From the NCBI GenBank assembly GCA_963701295.1, contig OY969585.1, forward strand, positions 1,568,001 to 1,632,000: a stretch of 64,000 nt of DNA. The letters are read 5' to 3'. Source of the stretch: Ignavibacteriota bacterium (GTDB lineage Bacteria; Bacteroidota; Ignavibacteria; UBA10030). The notes below the pieces were generated by a model that saw only the letters and a list, made by a program, of their open reading frames with translations, was not told the origin of the DNA and searched no databases. Positions 1 through 12,219 of this stretch are shown piece by piece. Numbering within the stretch: the stretch's first letter is position 1; every line of letters begins with the position of its first letter. The position numbers and the translations under genes were made by a program.

Positions 1-774
<774 letters not shown>

Positions 775-881
775 TTAGTGGTTGATGGTGCTAATTCTAT
801 GTTCATTTTAGAGAACTGGAAAATCATGCTCCAAAACTATTTAGCTATTTTTCGTATGAAAGACAAGTACAACACAAAACT

Positions 882-1415
882 CTACCATGTTTCCGAGTGA
901 ATCTTTTTGGGATCGAATTTTTTCTTTGGTTTATCTTCACCTGTTGGATGACCGATGGGGATGACATTGAGAGGGATGATAGCTGATGGAATATTCAAAA
1001 TTGATTTTACAGATTTCATTCTATCGGGATAGGGATATGCTGCTGTCCAAATGGCACCAAGGCTGAGAGCTTCTGCAGCAAGAAGTATGTTTTCACTTGC
1101 CAATGTAGAATCAATGACAGCGTATTCGACCATTTGTTTGTGTGCTTTGGACGGGTTTCCGCAGACGATAATTGCTGCACTTGCCTTGAAAAGCATTTTA
1201 GCATAGGGCAGTGCATCAGCAAGATTATCAAGAGTCTTTCTATCGGTAACAACGATAAATTCCCACGGCTGACAATTAACTGCACTTGGAGCTGCCATAG
1301 CAGCTTTCAAAAGAATTTCTAGTTGGTCTTGAGTTACCGACTCTCCAGTGAAATTTCGGACACTCTTGCGGTTGTGAATGACAGTAAGTGCATCAGGAAT
1401 GGTCCGTTGGATCAT
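882..1415 (-). CDS. nitroreductase family protein
   Basis: RKSVRNF, AAMAAPSAVNCQPWEF and GAIW motifs. Start moved to ATG 1415, which has a GAGGTG RBS; the longer ORF overlaps murA. Confidence 0.9.
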   Translation of the reverse strand: MIQRTIPDALTVIHNRKSVRNFTGESVTQDQLEILLKAAMAAPSAVNCQPWEFIVVTDRKTLDNLADALPYAKMLFKASAAIIVCGNPSKAHKQMVEYAVIDSTLASENILLAAEALSLGAIWTAAYPYPDRMKSVKSILNIPSAIIPLNVIPIGHPTGEDKPKKKFDPKKIHSETW

Positions 1416-1520
1416 TGTCACCTCATAATTCAATAAGTTTTTGCCTTTATTCGCATAATGGGCTATATTGCCTCCGTTAGTACATACAATCCTACCGAAA
1501 TATAAACAAAGGAGCAAGCG

Positions 1521-2792
1521 GTGGATAAGTTCGTAATCAATGGTGGAAAGCCCCTCAGGGGCACAGTCACAATCGGAGGTGCGAAGAATGCAAGTCTCGC
1601 ACTGATGCCAGCGACAATTCTGGCGAGTGGAACTTATCATCTTCATAACACTCCAGATTTGCGCGACATACTTACGATGGCGCGTTTGCTTGAAACGATG
1701 GGGGTAACTGTATCATCAGTCAACCAAACATTGACGGTTGATACGAAGACGATGAACAGCTACGAAGCACCATATGAGCATGTAAAAAAAATGCGGGCTT
1801 CTATTTATGTATTAGGTCCTTTAGTAGCAAGATTTGGTCAGGCGAAGGTTTCGCTTCCCGGCGGCTGTGCGTGGGGACCGCGTCCGGTGAACTTGCATAT
1901 CGAAGGTATCCGAAAACTTGGAGCTGAGATTGAACTTGATGCCGGCTATATCATTGCAAAGGCGAATCGTCTCAGTGGTACGCGAATTCTTTTTGATATC
2001 TCGAGTGTCGGTGCAACAGGCAACGTGATGATGGCAGCTGTACTGGCAAAGGGAACTACTCTTATCGAAAATGCAGCGCAGGAACCGGAGATTGTCCAGT
2101 TGTCAGAGTTTCTTGTGAAGATGGGAGCGAAGATTCACGGGATCGGTACAGGCCGTCTGGAAATAGAAGGTGTAGATGAATTACATCCGGCAGATGTTAC
2201 CACCATATCGGATCGAATCGAAGCCGGTACATTTCTCATTGCCGGAGCAATGGCGGGAAAAAAGGGAGGAATGATTCGCCTGGAGAAATGCAATCCGCAT
2301 CATCTCGGTGCACTTATAGTGAAGTTGGAAGATATCGGTGCGAAGATCAGAACGGGTGCCGATTGGGTAGAACTTACACCGCCAGAGAAAATCTATGCAG
2401 TCAATGCGACGACAGCAATCTACCCCGGTTTTCCGACTGACATGCAGGCGCAATGGATTGCGCTGATGTCGTTGGCACAAGGGACAAGTACCGTAACGGA
2501 TACAGTCTATTTCGACCGTTTTACACACGTGCCGGAACTGAACCGCCTCGGCGCGAATATTATGATGAAAGAAAATATTGCCACCGTTGTAGGTGTGAAA
2601 AAATTAACAGGTGCAAAAGTAATGTCCACCGATCTGCGTGCAAGCGCATCGCTTATTCTCGCCGGACTTGTTGCCGAAGGAACGACAGAAGTACTGCGTG
2701 TGTACCACATCGATCGCGGGTACGAATCCATTGAAAAAAAACTTCAAACGCTCGGCGCGGATATCTGTCGTGAAAAGGGAGAGGAATTCTAA
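1521..2792 (+). CDS. murA: UDP-N-acetylglucosamine 1-carboxyvinyltransferase
   Basis: GAKNA, MRAS, LPGGCAWGPRP (catalytic Cys), DRIEAGT, PGFPTDMQ, DLRA, HIDRGYE. Confidence 0.98.
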   Translation: MDKFVINGGKPLRGTVTIGGAKNASLALMPATILASGTYHLHNTPDLRDILTMARLLETMGVTVSSVNQTLTVDTKTMNSYEAPYEHVKKMRASIYVLGPLVARFGQAKVSLPGGCAWGPRPVNLHIEGIRKLGAEIELDAGYIIAKANRLSGTRILFDISSVGATGNVMMAAVLAKGTTLIENAAQEPEIVQLSEFLVKMGAKIHGIGTGRLEIEGVDELHPADVTTISDRIEAGTFLIAGAMAGKKGGMIRLEKCNPHHLGALIVKLEDIGAKIRTGADWVELTPPEKIYAVNATTAIYPGFPTDMQAQWIALMSLAQGTSTVTDTVYFDRFTHVPELNRLGANIMMKENIATVVGVKKLTGAKVMSTDLRASASLILAGLVAEGTTEVLRVYHIDRGYESIEKKLQTLGADICREKGEEF

Positions 2793-2837
2793 TTTATTCA
2801 TAAGGGAGGATATCTCGCTCCTGCCGAGATATTTCCA

Positions 2838-5093
2838 ATGATAGTAATGCAAAGATTCGTTCAAACACGTGCATTTCAAATTTCTGCGCTTCTTCTTATT
2901 CTCTTCACCATCGTTTGTACACGTGTTCCGCTTTTCAACTATCTTGGCTTTGAATTCTCTGCGCTCACCGTTGTTCTTGCTGGGTTTATTTGCGGATTTC
3001 TCACACTTTCAATCTGGAAACAAACCGACTGCGAATGTAAAGCAGACGTGTGGCGGTTTGTCGGTGAAATCGCGTGCGTTCAATGTATCCTTCTTGCTAT
3101 TCCATTTCTTATTTCACTGGCAAATGCGCTGTTTGTGAAGAACTGTTCCATTGGAAATGGAATGGTGTTCTATGTTCTTATTGTTATTCCCGGTGTACTC
3201 TTCTTGGTTGCTTTAGCGATCGTTGTTGGAATAGTATTCGGAAAATGGCGAAAGACAATATTTACATTTTTGTACATTCTTGTACTTCTGCATATTCCGG
3301 TTGTTACATTTTTCCATCCGCAAATATTTGCTTTTAATCCAATTCTTGGTTTTTTCCCCGGATTTACATATGATGAAACGCTGCAAGTGACTCAACGCTT
3401 GCTGATTTACCGATTAGCGATATTTGCTGCCTCCGGATGTCTCGTTACTACTGCAATATGGATTTGGCACATTCGTTTTTACAGGAAAGAGCGTAAAGAT
3501 GTTTCTCAGCAATCATTTCCCTTTATAGAAATCGCAATACTTGCATTATTGGTCCCAATTGTTCTTGTGATGTTGTCATTTAGCGATCGACTCGGATTCT
3601 CGTCGTCTCAACAATATATCCAGCAGAAGCTCGTTGGGAATTATAAGACTGCACATTTCGAAATTATTTATCCTGCCGGTTCTGTGAAACATGAACAAAT
3701 CGAGCAGTTGGGCCGCTTACACGAGTACTATTATAGTAAGCTTTCACACGATCTGAATGTCCAGTCTCAGGAGCGTATTGTTTCCTTCTTGTATTCCTCA
3801 CCTGAAGAGAAAGGAAAGCTCATCGGGGCAGGACATACGGATATTGCCAAGCCGTGGCTGCGGCAGATTCATATCAATCTTGCAGATGTGAAAGCAGGTT
3901 TAAAGCATGAAATGGCGCATATCCTTGCCGGGGAATTTGGCTGGTCGCCTCTCAAAATATCACACAACTCGGGGCTTGTGGAAGGAATTGCAGTGGCAGT
4001 CGGAGACGATGTATGGTATGATGAACCACTCGACTGCGCCGCCGCTTTGGTCTTTGCCGCTGGTGTTAATCCGGACATGGAATCATTATTCTCGTTCTCT
4101 GGATTTGCGAAAGTAAATGCAGGAGTGAGTTACGCGCTGGCAGGTTCGTTCTGCAAATTCCTTATTGATTCGTTCGGGATTAATCAGTTCAAGAAGCTTT
4201 ATCAATCCGGAGATTTTACTCTCACATACAACCGCGCTCTTCCTTCGCTTCTCACGGATTGGCGAACGATCCTTCACCATCAACAATTTACGACAAACGA
4301 CAGCATAAAAGCTAAGTATTTCTTTCGCCGTTCATCGATCTTTGGAAAAGAATGTGCACGGGTGATTGCGAATCTCAACTCGGAAACAAGAGACCTTCTC
4401 GTTTGTCATGAATTTGAAAAAGCCCTTGCATCGGCAGAACGGTCACTTGGATTGAGCAAAACACCTGAAGCTGTTTTTCAAAAAACCACAGCATTGTTCG
4501 AGTTGAGAAAATTCAAAGATGCTGCAGACTTTATTGAAACTCAATTGCGCGACACGAGCTTTGGTTCCGCTCTTCTCCCGCTCCATCTCCGGCTTGGTGA
4601 TGCGTATTGGGCGCTGGATTCACTCGTTCGTACGGGACAAGAATATGAAATGATGGCACGTATTCACCTGAGTGCTTGGTATGAAGAAGCATGTATACTT
4701 CGGTTAGAATCATTAAAGAACGAGAGAGAAGCTCAAGAGTTGAGAAATTATTTTGTTTGTTCAATGGAAGATACAGTTCGAATGGATCGACTTTCAAAAT
4801 TGTCCTCTCCCATCGCCCAATACTTGCTCGCACGTGAACTTGCAGGAAAAGAGAAATACAGAGAAGCTTGCAGTATACTTGAACATATAAGTCGTTCGGA
4901 CTTAGTGCCGCTTGAGTTCTTTTATCTTCAGCGGCTTGGGCGAGCTTATTTCTCTATGCAAGAATGGAAAAAAGCAGAAACATTGTTTGAGAAAGCTTTG
5001 CCAATTGCTCCGACTGGCGCGTTAAAAATTGAAATAGAAGAATGGATAGAACGATGTGAGTTTGAATCAAAGTCACCTTCGGAAGGCATCTGA
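2838..5093 (+). CDS. multi-pass membrane protein with gluzincin-like metallopeptidase (HEMAH...EG) and C-terminal TPR-like helices
   Basis: About 7 hydrophobic segments, then LKHEMAHIL...GLVEGIAV, then helical TPR-like repeats. Confidence 0.7.
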   Translation: MIVMQRFVQTRAFQISALLLILFTIVCTRVPLFNYLGFEFSALTVVLAGFICGFLTLSIWKQTDCECKADVWRFVGEIACVQCILLAIPFLISLANALFVKNCSIGNGMVFYVLIVIPGVLFLVALAIVVGIVFGKWRKTIFTFLYILVLLHIPVVTFFHPQIFAFNPILGFFPGFTYDETLQVTQRLLIYRLAIFAASGCLVTTAIWIWHIRFYRKERKDVSQQSFPFIEIAILALLVPIVLVMLSFSDRLGFSSSQQYIQQKLVGNYKTAHFEIIYPAGSVKHEQIEQLGRLHEYYYSKLSHDLNVQSQERIVSFLYSSPEEKGKLIGAGHTDIAKPWLRQIHINLADVKAGLKHEMAHILAGEFGWSPLKISHNSGLVEGIAVAVGDDVWYDEPLDCAAALVFAAGVNPDMESLFSFSGFAKVNAGVSYALAGSFCKFLIDSFGINQFKKLYQSGDFTLTYNRALPSLLTDWRTILHHQQFTTNDSIKAKYFFRRSSIFGKECARVIANLNSETRDLLVCHEFEKALASAERSLGLSKTPEAVFQKTTALFELRKFKDAADFIETQLRDTSFGSALLPLHLRLGDAYWALDSLVRTGQEYEMMARIHLSAWYEEACILRLESLKNEREAQELRNYFVCSMEDTVRMDRLSKLSSPIAQYLLARELAGKEKYREACSILEHISRSDLVPLEFFYLQRLGRAYFSMQEWKKAETLFEKALPIAPTGALKIEIEEWIERCEFESKSPSEGI

Positions 5094-5177
5094 GAGCTTT
5101 GTTAAAGTTGCCAATAACTTAAACAAAAAAATTTTGAGAAGGTTACATACAGCGGAAATAGTAAACGAGGACACGCT

Positions 5178-5381
5178 ATGGAATGCAATAAATCAAAGAA
5201 CTTGAAGAAATGTAATTGTAGTTATGAACCTTGCTCACGTAAAGGGACATGTTGCGAGTGTATACAGTATCATTTGCGCATGCAAGAATTGCCCGCCTGC
5301 TGTTTCCCGGACAGTATTGAACAAACATATGATCGGAGTTTCCGCACGTTTTCCCAAGGTGTGATGAACGGGAAAATCTAA
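5178..5381 (+). CDS. small Cys-rich protein (DUF6485-like)
   Basis: 67 aa, GAGGA RBS, pattern [21 protein letters not shown]...LPACCF. Confidence 0.75.
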   Translation: MECNKSKNLKKCNCSYEPCSRKGTCCECIQYHLRMQELPACCFPDSIEQTYDRSFRTFSQGVMNGKI

Positions 5382-5571
5382 TGGATGATGAAAGACAATT
5401 GACAGAGGTACGAAGAATATCTAACGTCTAACATGGGCATGAACCTTCAGTATTTTTGCCTGTTACTTGAAATTGCATTTCCACCAATTTTTGACTTTAT
5501 TTAAGTTCAGAACAAGAAAATACCCGAGAGCTCTCGACGAGTTCTGTGGTAGATTTTGGGAATCAATTTAA

Positions 5572-6903
<1,332 letters not shown>

Positions 6904-6917
6904 GTATTCTATAAACC

Positions 6918-6957
6918 AATGGCTGGGAAGAATATATTCTCCCAGCCATTTTCTTTT
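6918..6957 (+). terminator. intrinsic terminator-like hairpin after eno
   Basis: AATGGCTGGGA...TCCCAGCCATT stem followed by TTCTTTT. Confidence 0.75.
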
Positions 6958-6969
6958 GAGGAAAGACAT

Positions 6970-8367
6970 ATGCCCCCACATATAAAATTTGGTACAGACG
7001 GATGGCGAGGAGTAATTGCCGATGATTTCACTTTTGAAAACATCGCAAAGGTTGCACTCGCAACAGCGAATTTCTACAAACGGCATAAGAAGATTAAGAA
7101 TGGGATTGTTGTCGGTTATGATTCACGTTTCTTATCACAAGAATTTGCAGAGAAAGTCGCCGAAGTACTAGGTAATCGCGGCATCAAAGTCATCCTTTCC
7201 GATAAAATTTCTTCAACGCCGATGGTCTCGTTATTGACAAAGAAGTTAAATGCTGCGGGAGGTGTGGTTATCACGGCAAGTCACAATCCAGCGAAATATA
7301 ACGGCTTTAAGATCAAAGGTGATTTTGGCGGCCCGGCTTTTCCTGAAACGATTGAGAAGGTAGAGAAAGAACTTAAAAAAGTAATAAAGTCAAAAGTGGA
7401 AAACAGAAAGTCGTTTACAGAGTTAGTGGAAAAAGGAACGATCAAGAAGATCGATTTCACGGCCATCTATATCGACGACATTAAAAGCAAGATCAATATC
7501 GATTTAATAAAGTCTGCCACAATTAAAATTGCTTATGATGCGATGCATGGCGCGGGCCAAGGAGTGATGGATCAGATTCTTCCACTGAAAGTTTCGATAC
7601 GCGGTGATTTCAACCCGTCATTTGATGGAAGTCATCCCGAACCATTGCCTCAACATACTCCTGGATTGATTGAGGCGATTGTGAAGAATGGCTGCGACAT
7701 TGGTATTGCAACCGATGGTGATGCCGATCGCATTGGTGCGTTTGATGAGAATGGTAACTTTGTTGACTCGCACCGGATCTTTGCGATTATTCTGAAATAT
7801 TTTATTGAAGAAAAAAAGATGACCGGCGAAGTTGCGAAATCGTTTTCTGTCAGCCAGATAATTAACGAAATGTGCAAGAAGTACGGCTTAGTACTGCACG
7901 AAACACCGGTTGGATTTAAATATCTCTGCCGATTGATGGTCGAGCGCGACATTCTGATTGCAGCAGAAGAAAGCGGTGGAGTTGGCGTCAAAGGACATTT
8001 GCCAGAGCGCGATGGGACGTACATCGGATTACTGTTAGCCGAAATCATGGCAACTCGGAAAAAGAAACTCAGTGAACTTGTGAATGAATTGATGAGCGAG
8101 TTTGGCTGGCATTATTTCAATCGATACGATGCGCGTCTAGCCGAAAAAGAGAAACAGCGTATTCTTGTTGCCTATAAAAAAGGTCCGAAACAGCTTGCTG
8201 GATTTCCAATTCAGCGGATTGAAACAAAAGACGGTTTCAAACTTTTTGTTGAGAACGGATGGGTGCTCGTCCGTGCGTCAGGCACAGAGCCGTTGATTCG
8301 ATTCTATGCTGAAGCAGAGACACCGGAGAAAGTTGAAACATTACTGAAGGCCGCACGAGAAGTGTGA
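6970..8367 (+). CDS. phosphoglucomutase/phosphomannomutase family protein
   Basis: IKFGTDGWRG, TASHNP phosphoserine motif, DGDADR, EESGG, RASGTEP. Start placed at ATG 6970 after a GAGGA RBS. Confidence 0.95.
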   Translation: MPPHIKFGTDGWRGVIADDFTFENIAKVALATANFYKRHKKIKNGIVVGYDSRFLSQEFAEKVAEVLGNRGIKVILSDKISSTPMVSLLTKKLNAAGGVVITASHNPAKYNGFKIKGDFGGPAFPETIEKVEKELKKVIKSKVENRKSFTELVEKGTIKKIDFTAIYIDDIKSKINIDLIKSATIKIAYDAMHGAGQGVMDQILPLKVSIRGDFNPSFDGSHPEPLPQHTPGLIEAIVKNGCDIGIATDGDADRIGAFDENGNFVDSHRIFAIILKYFIEEKKMTGEVAKSFSVSQIINEMCKKYGLVLHETPVGFKYLCRLMVERDILIAAEESGGVGVKGHLPERDGTYIGLLLAEIMATRKKKLSELVNELMSEFGWHYFNRYDARLAEKEKQRILVAYKKGPKQLAGFPIQRIETKDGFKLFVENGWVLVRASGTEPLIRFYAEAETPEKVETLLKAAREV

Positions 8368-8420
8368 TAAAGTAGTAGAGTTAGAAATCTTTGAGTCGAA
8401 AGTATTTTAGTAGTTGAGAG

Positions 8421-8453
8421 AACCTCTGATAGCTGTATCAGAGGTTTTTTATT
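8421..8453 (+). terminator. intrinsic terminator-like hairpin
   Basis: AACCTCTGATA...TATCAGAGGTT followed by a T-run. Confidence 0.7.
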
Positions 8454-8463
8454 CTAAAAAGAA

Positions 8464-9921
8464 ATGAGTGTTTCTGTGATTGAATTACATCGGGGAGATG
8501 AATTACAGCTAGAGATAACAGACGCGGCATTCGAAGGAAAAGCCGTCGCACGTCATGAGGGATTGGTCATATTTGTTGAGAATGCTGTGCCCGGCGATCT
8601 TGTTACTGCAAAGTTTCTGAAGATTAAAAAGAGTTTTGCAGAAGCAAAACTCGTGCGTGTGGAACGCCCGTCCCCGTTGCGCGTGGAGCCGCGTTGCAAG
8701 TACTTTGGTGTGTGCGGCGGATGCAAGTGGCAGCATGTCGATTATCAGGCACAGCTTCGTTTCAAACAGCAGCAAGTTGTAGACGCATTCGAACGAATCG
8801 GTGGTTTCTCGAATATTCAGATCTCATCGATTATCGGAGCAGACGAGATTTACTTTTATCGTGGAAAAATGGAATATTCGTTTGCCGAAAAACAATGGTT
8901 GTCTTTTCCGCCGCAAAAATCGAAAGAAGAAATGATCTCTCAGGGAGTACTCTTAGAACATCAGCAGTCGTCGATATTTCTTGGTTTGCATGTTCCCCAG
9001 CGGTACGATAAGGTTCTGGATATTGACGAGTGCTATCTTCAATCTCATTCCTCTAATCAGATATTAAACTTTACAAGAGATTTTGCCCGTCGGAATCGTT
9101 TGAATGTATATGACTCTGACCACAACACTGGGTTTCTCCGTTTCCTCGTTATCCGTGAGAGTAAGAGGGAAAAAGAAATGATGGTGAATCTTGTGACGTT
9201 TGAAAACCGTCCTGATGTGATGGAGCAATATACGGCAGAGTTGAATACGAATGTAGGTGAAGTGACGACAGTGGTGAATACGATTAACACCAAGAAAGCA
9301 CAAATAGCATTCGGCGAAACAGAGATGGTTTATCTTGGCAATGGATGGATTCATGAACTCCTTGGGAGCCGTCACTTCTCAATTTCTGCAAGTTCATTTT
9401 TCCAAACGAATGTGGCGCAGGCGGAGAAGCTCTATTATGCGGTGAAAGAACTTGGCGCGTTCAAATCCACAGATAGTGTGTATGATCTTTACTCCGGCAC
9501 TGGTTCCATTGCTCTTTTCATTTCGGATGCAGTCAAGGAAGTAATTGGGATTGAATCTGTCGAAAGTGCGATCCGTGATGCGGAAAAGAATGCACGGGAG
9601 AATGGTATTACCAATTGCCGGTTTTTACTTGGTGATTTGAAAGACCGATTGACAAAAGATACAGAATGGATGTCATCTCATCCGAAACCCGATGTACTGA
9701 TCATAGATCCACCGCGTAACGGTATGCATCCAAAAGTTGTTGAGGAAATAGCAGCGATAGCGCCGGAACGGATCGTCTATGTAAGCTGTAATCCGGCAAC
9801 GCAAGCGCGCGATGTCAAGTTGTTGTGTGCCGAGAAGTATCTGCTTATGAAGCTTCAACCGGTGGATATGTTCCCGCATACATTCCACATCGAGAATGTA
9901 GCATTATTGCACAAAAGGTAA
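8464..9921 (+). CDS. rlmD: 23S rRNA (uracil-5)-methyltransferase
   Basis: TRAM N-terminus, CKYFGVCGGC Fe-S motif, SFFQTN, DLYSGTG, DPPR, YVSCNP, DMFPHTFHIE. Confidence 0.93.
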   Translation: MSVSVIELHRGDELQLEITDAAFEGKAVARHEGLVIFVENAVPGDLVTAKFLKIKKSFAEAKLVRVERPSPLRVEPRCKYFGVCGGCKWQHVDYQAQLRFKQQQVVDAFERIGGFSNIQISSIIGADEIYFYRGKMEYSFAEKQWLSFPPQKSKEEMISQGVLLEHQQSSIFLGLHVPQRYDKVLDIDECYLQSHSSNQILNFTRDFARRNRLNVYDSDHNTGFLRFLVIRESKREKEMMVNLVTFENRPDVMEQYTAELNTNVGEVTTVVNTINTKKAQIAFGETEMVYLGNGWIHELLGSRHFSISASSFFQTNVAQAEKLYYAVKELGAFKSTDSVYDLYSGTGSIALFISDAVKEVIGIESVESAIRDAEKNARENGITNCRFLLGDLKDRLTKDTEWMSSHPKPDVLIIDPPRNGMHPKVVEEIAAIAPERIVYVSCNPATQARDVKLLCAEKYLLMKLQPVDMFPHTFHIENVALLHKR

Positions 9922-9923
9922 TA

Positions 9924-11294
9924 TTAATTCATTATGCTTCTAACTTCTTCAATAGATATAGGTTTAGAAATTATTTTAAGTTGCCTATCAATCAAAAACA
10001 TTGTTGGTGTAGCGTAAATAAAATAATTATTCGCAGCTTCTCCATCCCAACCCTTTAGATCAGAAGCATTAATTAGTGAAGAACAATTACCTTTTATAAA
10101 ACTTTTCCAATCTTCTTTTTTTGCGTCAAGAGAAATCGCAAGCACCTCAAATTTTTTTCCGGTTTTATCTTCCTTCATTTTATTCAACTTAGGTAATATT
10201 TCTTTGCAATGCGGGCACCAGCTTGCATAAAAAACAATTAGGATTTTCTCGGCATCAATGCTACTTAGATTTATTTCTCTTCCGTTAATATCGGGGATAG
10301 AAATATTCGGCACCGTGTTGCCAATTTTAAAATTCTTCGCCTGCTCAATTCTCCTTTTAATTAATCCTTCCGTTTTTACATCCAAACAGAGATCATCTTT
10401 TATAACATAGTTTTCCACTATGTAATCGAGCACTTTATCGAAGCCGAATTTCTTAAAGCCGTCAATCAAGTATTCAGTGATATGTTGATAGACAAGCTGA
10501 TTCACTTTTGCTTTGTTAAGAATCGAATCAACAGCTCTCATAAATTCTTTTTCGAGAAGTTCTTTAGGAAGCTGTGGGTTGCGGTAATATGTTAAATACT
10601 CAATCGCTTTGTTGGTAAAAAGATCTGAATTGATCAGTAAAGTATTATTGAAATCAACATTATCTAAAGCGTGTACTTTGAGATAGTCAAGCTGTCTTTC
10701 CAAAGAGATAGAACCATTTATAACAGGAAGCTGAGCTGAACGAATATATTTTGCAATGAATGAATTAGGATTATTCTGAGCAGTTACATTTACAAATTCT
10801 AAGTATTCGTTTTGTATTTGGGTTAATCTGTTTTGTGTTGCATGGTAATAACTATCATCTTTTGGATAGCGGGCAAGGATAAGTTGAAGCAATTCTGTTT
10901 TGGTTTTGTATGCTTTGTTAAGAATAACAAAAGAGCAATAAAGTTTATTACTTTCAGAATCAATCACTTCCATGCTGTCTAAGATATTATTTGCGTCTGT
11001 CCTTAGCTCAATATCTTTTCCGTCATAAATAAAATCGATCAATTTATTGGTGCCAAAAGTTAAGCGGTAAAATCCGGCATGAAATTTTTGAGGATCGGAT
11101 TGATAAATAATTATCCCATCTTCATTCGAATTAACCGAATCGATCCTTGCTGTTTTTTCTCCGCTTAAAGAATAGAAAATAAGTTTACCGGCTTTGTAAT
11201 TAGACAAATAGACACTAATGGATTGGGAGTAACTCTTGAATTGAATGTATAATAAAAATAGAATAGAAATAGAGACTGCTGTTTTTCTATTCAT
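9924..11294 (-). CDS. secreted TlpA/redoxin family thiol-disulfide oxidoreductase with helical N-terminal domain
   Basis: Signal peptide; C-terminal thioredoxin fold FYASWCPHC...YATPTMFLID. Confidence 0.85.
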   Translation of the reverse strand: MNRKTAVSISILFLLYIQFKSYSQSISVYLSNYKAGKLIFYSLSGEKTARIDSVNSNEDGIIIYQSDPQKFHAGFYRLTFGTNKLIDFIYDGKDIELRTDANNILDSMEVIDSESNKLYCSFVILNKAYKTKTELLQLILARYPKDDSYYHATQNRLTQIQNEYLEFVNVTAQNNPNSFIAKYIRSAQLPVINGSISLERQLDYLKVHALDNVDFNNTLLINSDLFTNKAIEYLTYYRNPQLPKELLEKEFMRAVDSILNKAKVNQLVYQHITEYLIDGFKKFGFDKVLDYIVENYVIKDDLCLDVKTEGLIKRRIEQAKNFKIGNTVPNISIPDINGREINLSSIDAEKILIVFYASWCPHCKEILPKLNKMKEDKTGKKFEVLAISLDAKKEDWKSFIKGNCSSLINASDLKGWDGEAANNYFIYATPTMFLIDRQLKIISKPISIEEVRSIMN

Positions 11295-11437
11295 CTCATA
11301 AAATTCTTTTTATTTTTTGCAAACGTACGCTTTTATGCACGCTAAATCAATGAATGCTTTTAAATTCTTTCCATCATTTCTTCTTTTCTTCTTTCCTTTA
11401 ACCCGTCAACCATAATAAATCATCCATCAAACATCTT

Positions 11438-12199
11438 CTAATCCTTGATGCAGCGAACACTCAAACCGAGTGTTTTATTGAAAGGGAAGTAGTTGACATT
11501 ACTATTGTCGAGGACCAGGTACATGCCCCATGCGCCGCCAGTATTGTACTCCGTAGAACTCCAAAAGTGAGCGTAGTCATTAACGACGAAGGAATTATCG
11601 ATGTTGCGGTAGCCCGCAAGCAACGCAGAAAACCCGCTGGTATTTGTACCAACACCGCTTCCCGTTCCTTGCCCTACTGCTTTTAATGCATTTCCATCAT
11701 TGCTTACTGTTGTTGATAACGTTTCAAATTCTGTATATGTTGGTATGTGCCAACCGGTTGGGCAAATGCCTTGTACATTTCCAGAAAAAGCTGGACTAGG
11801 TGATGTTGTATTTGTAGCTCCATTTAGATATTGAACTGCTTCAGCCCATTGGTATAAACCGCCGTATGCTGTACAATTTGCCTCATCATCGCTGTAGCAG
11901 TATTTTTCTATTGTACTGTTATTCGTTTGGTCTGTGCTACCGGCTATTCTTATTCCTAAATTAAGGTTCTCTTTTAACCAGCATTGGCTGCCTATTACTA
12001 CAGTGGTATAAGTTTGCCCAGCATATGTAATGGTACTAGTTCCACAAGTAAAAGCAACATTAGTAAATGTTAAATTAATAATATCGTGAACCCAAATATC
12101 CTCCGTTGTGTTATCTGCCTTCTTTACGCTCATCTTATATTGCGCAAATATTGCACTAGTCCCTAACACAAATATCATGGTAAATAATATCTTTTTCAT
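11438..12199 (-). CDS. FISUMP (Fibrobacter succinogenes major paralogous domain) secreted protein
   Basis: YTTVVIGSQCWLKENL, YGGLYQW, QGICPTGWHIP, GFSALLAG, FWSST, SVRCIKD. Confidence 0.9.
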   Translation of the reverse strand: MKKILFTMIFVLGTSAIFAQYKMSVKKADNTTEDIWVHDIINLTFTNVAFTCGTSTITYAGQTYTTVVIGSQCWLKENLNLGIRIAGSTDQTNNSTIEKYCYSDDEANCTAYGGLYQWAEAVQYLNGATNTTSPSPAFSGNVQGICPTGWHIPTYTEFETLSTTVSNDGNALKAVGQGTGSGVGTNTSGFSALLAGYRNIDNSFVVNDYAHFWSSTEYNTGGAWGMYLVLDNSNVNYFPFNKTLGLSVRCIKD

Positions 12200-12219
12200 T
12201 TTTAATTCCTTCTCAATAT

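Noticed and set aside
1416-1646. N-terminal extension of the nitroreductase ORF
   Set aside because: It overlaps murA on the opposite strand and is not protein-like; a better start with an RBS exists at 1415.
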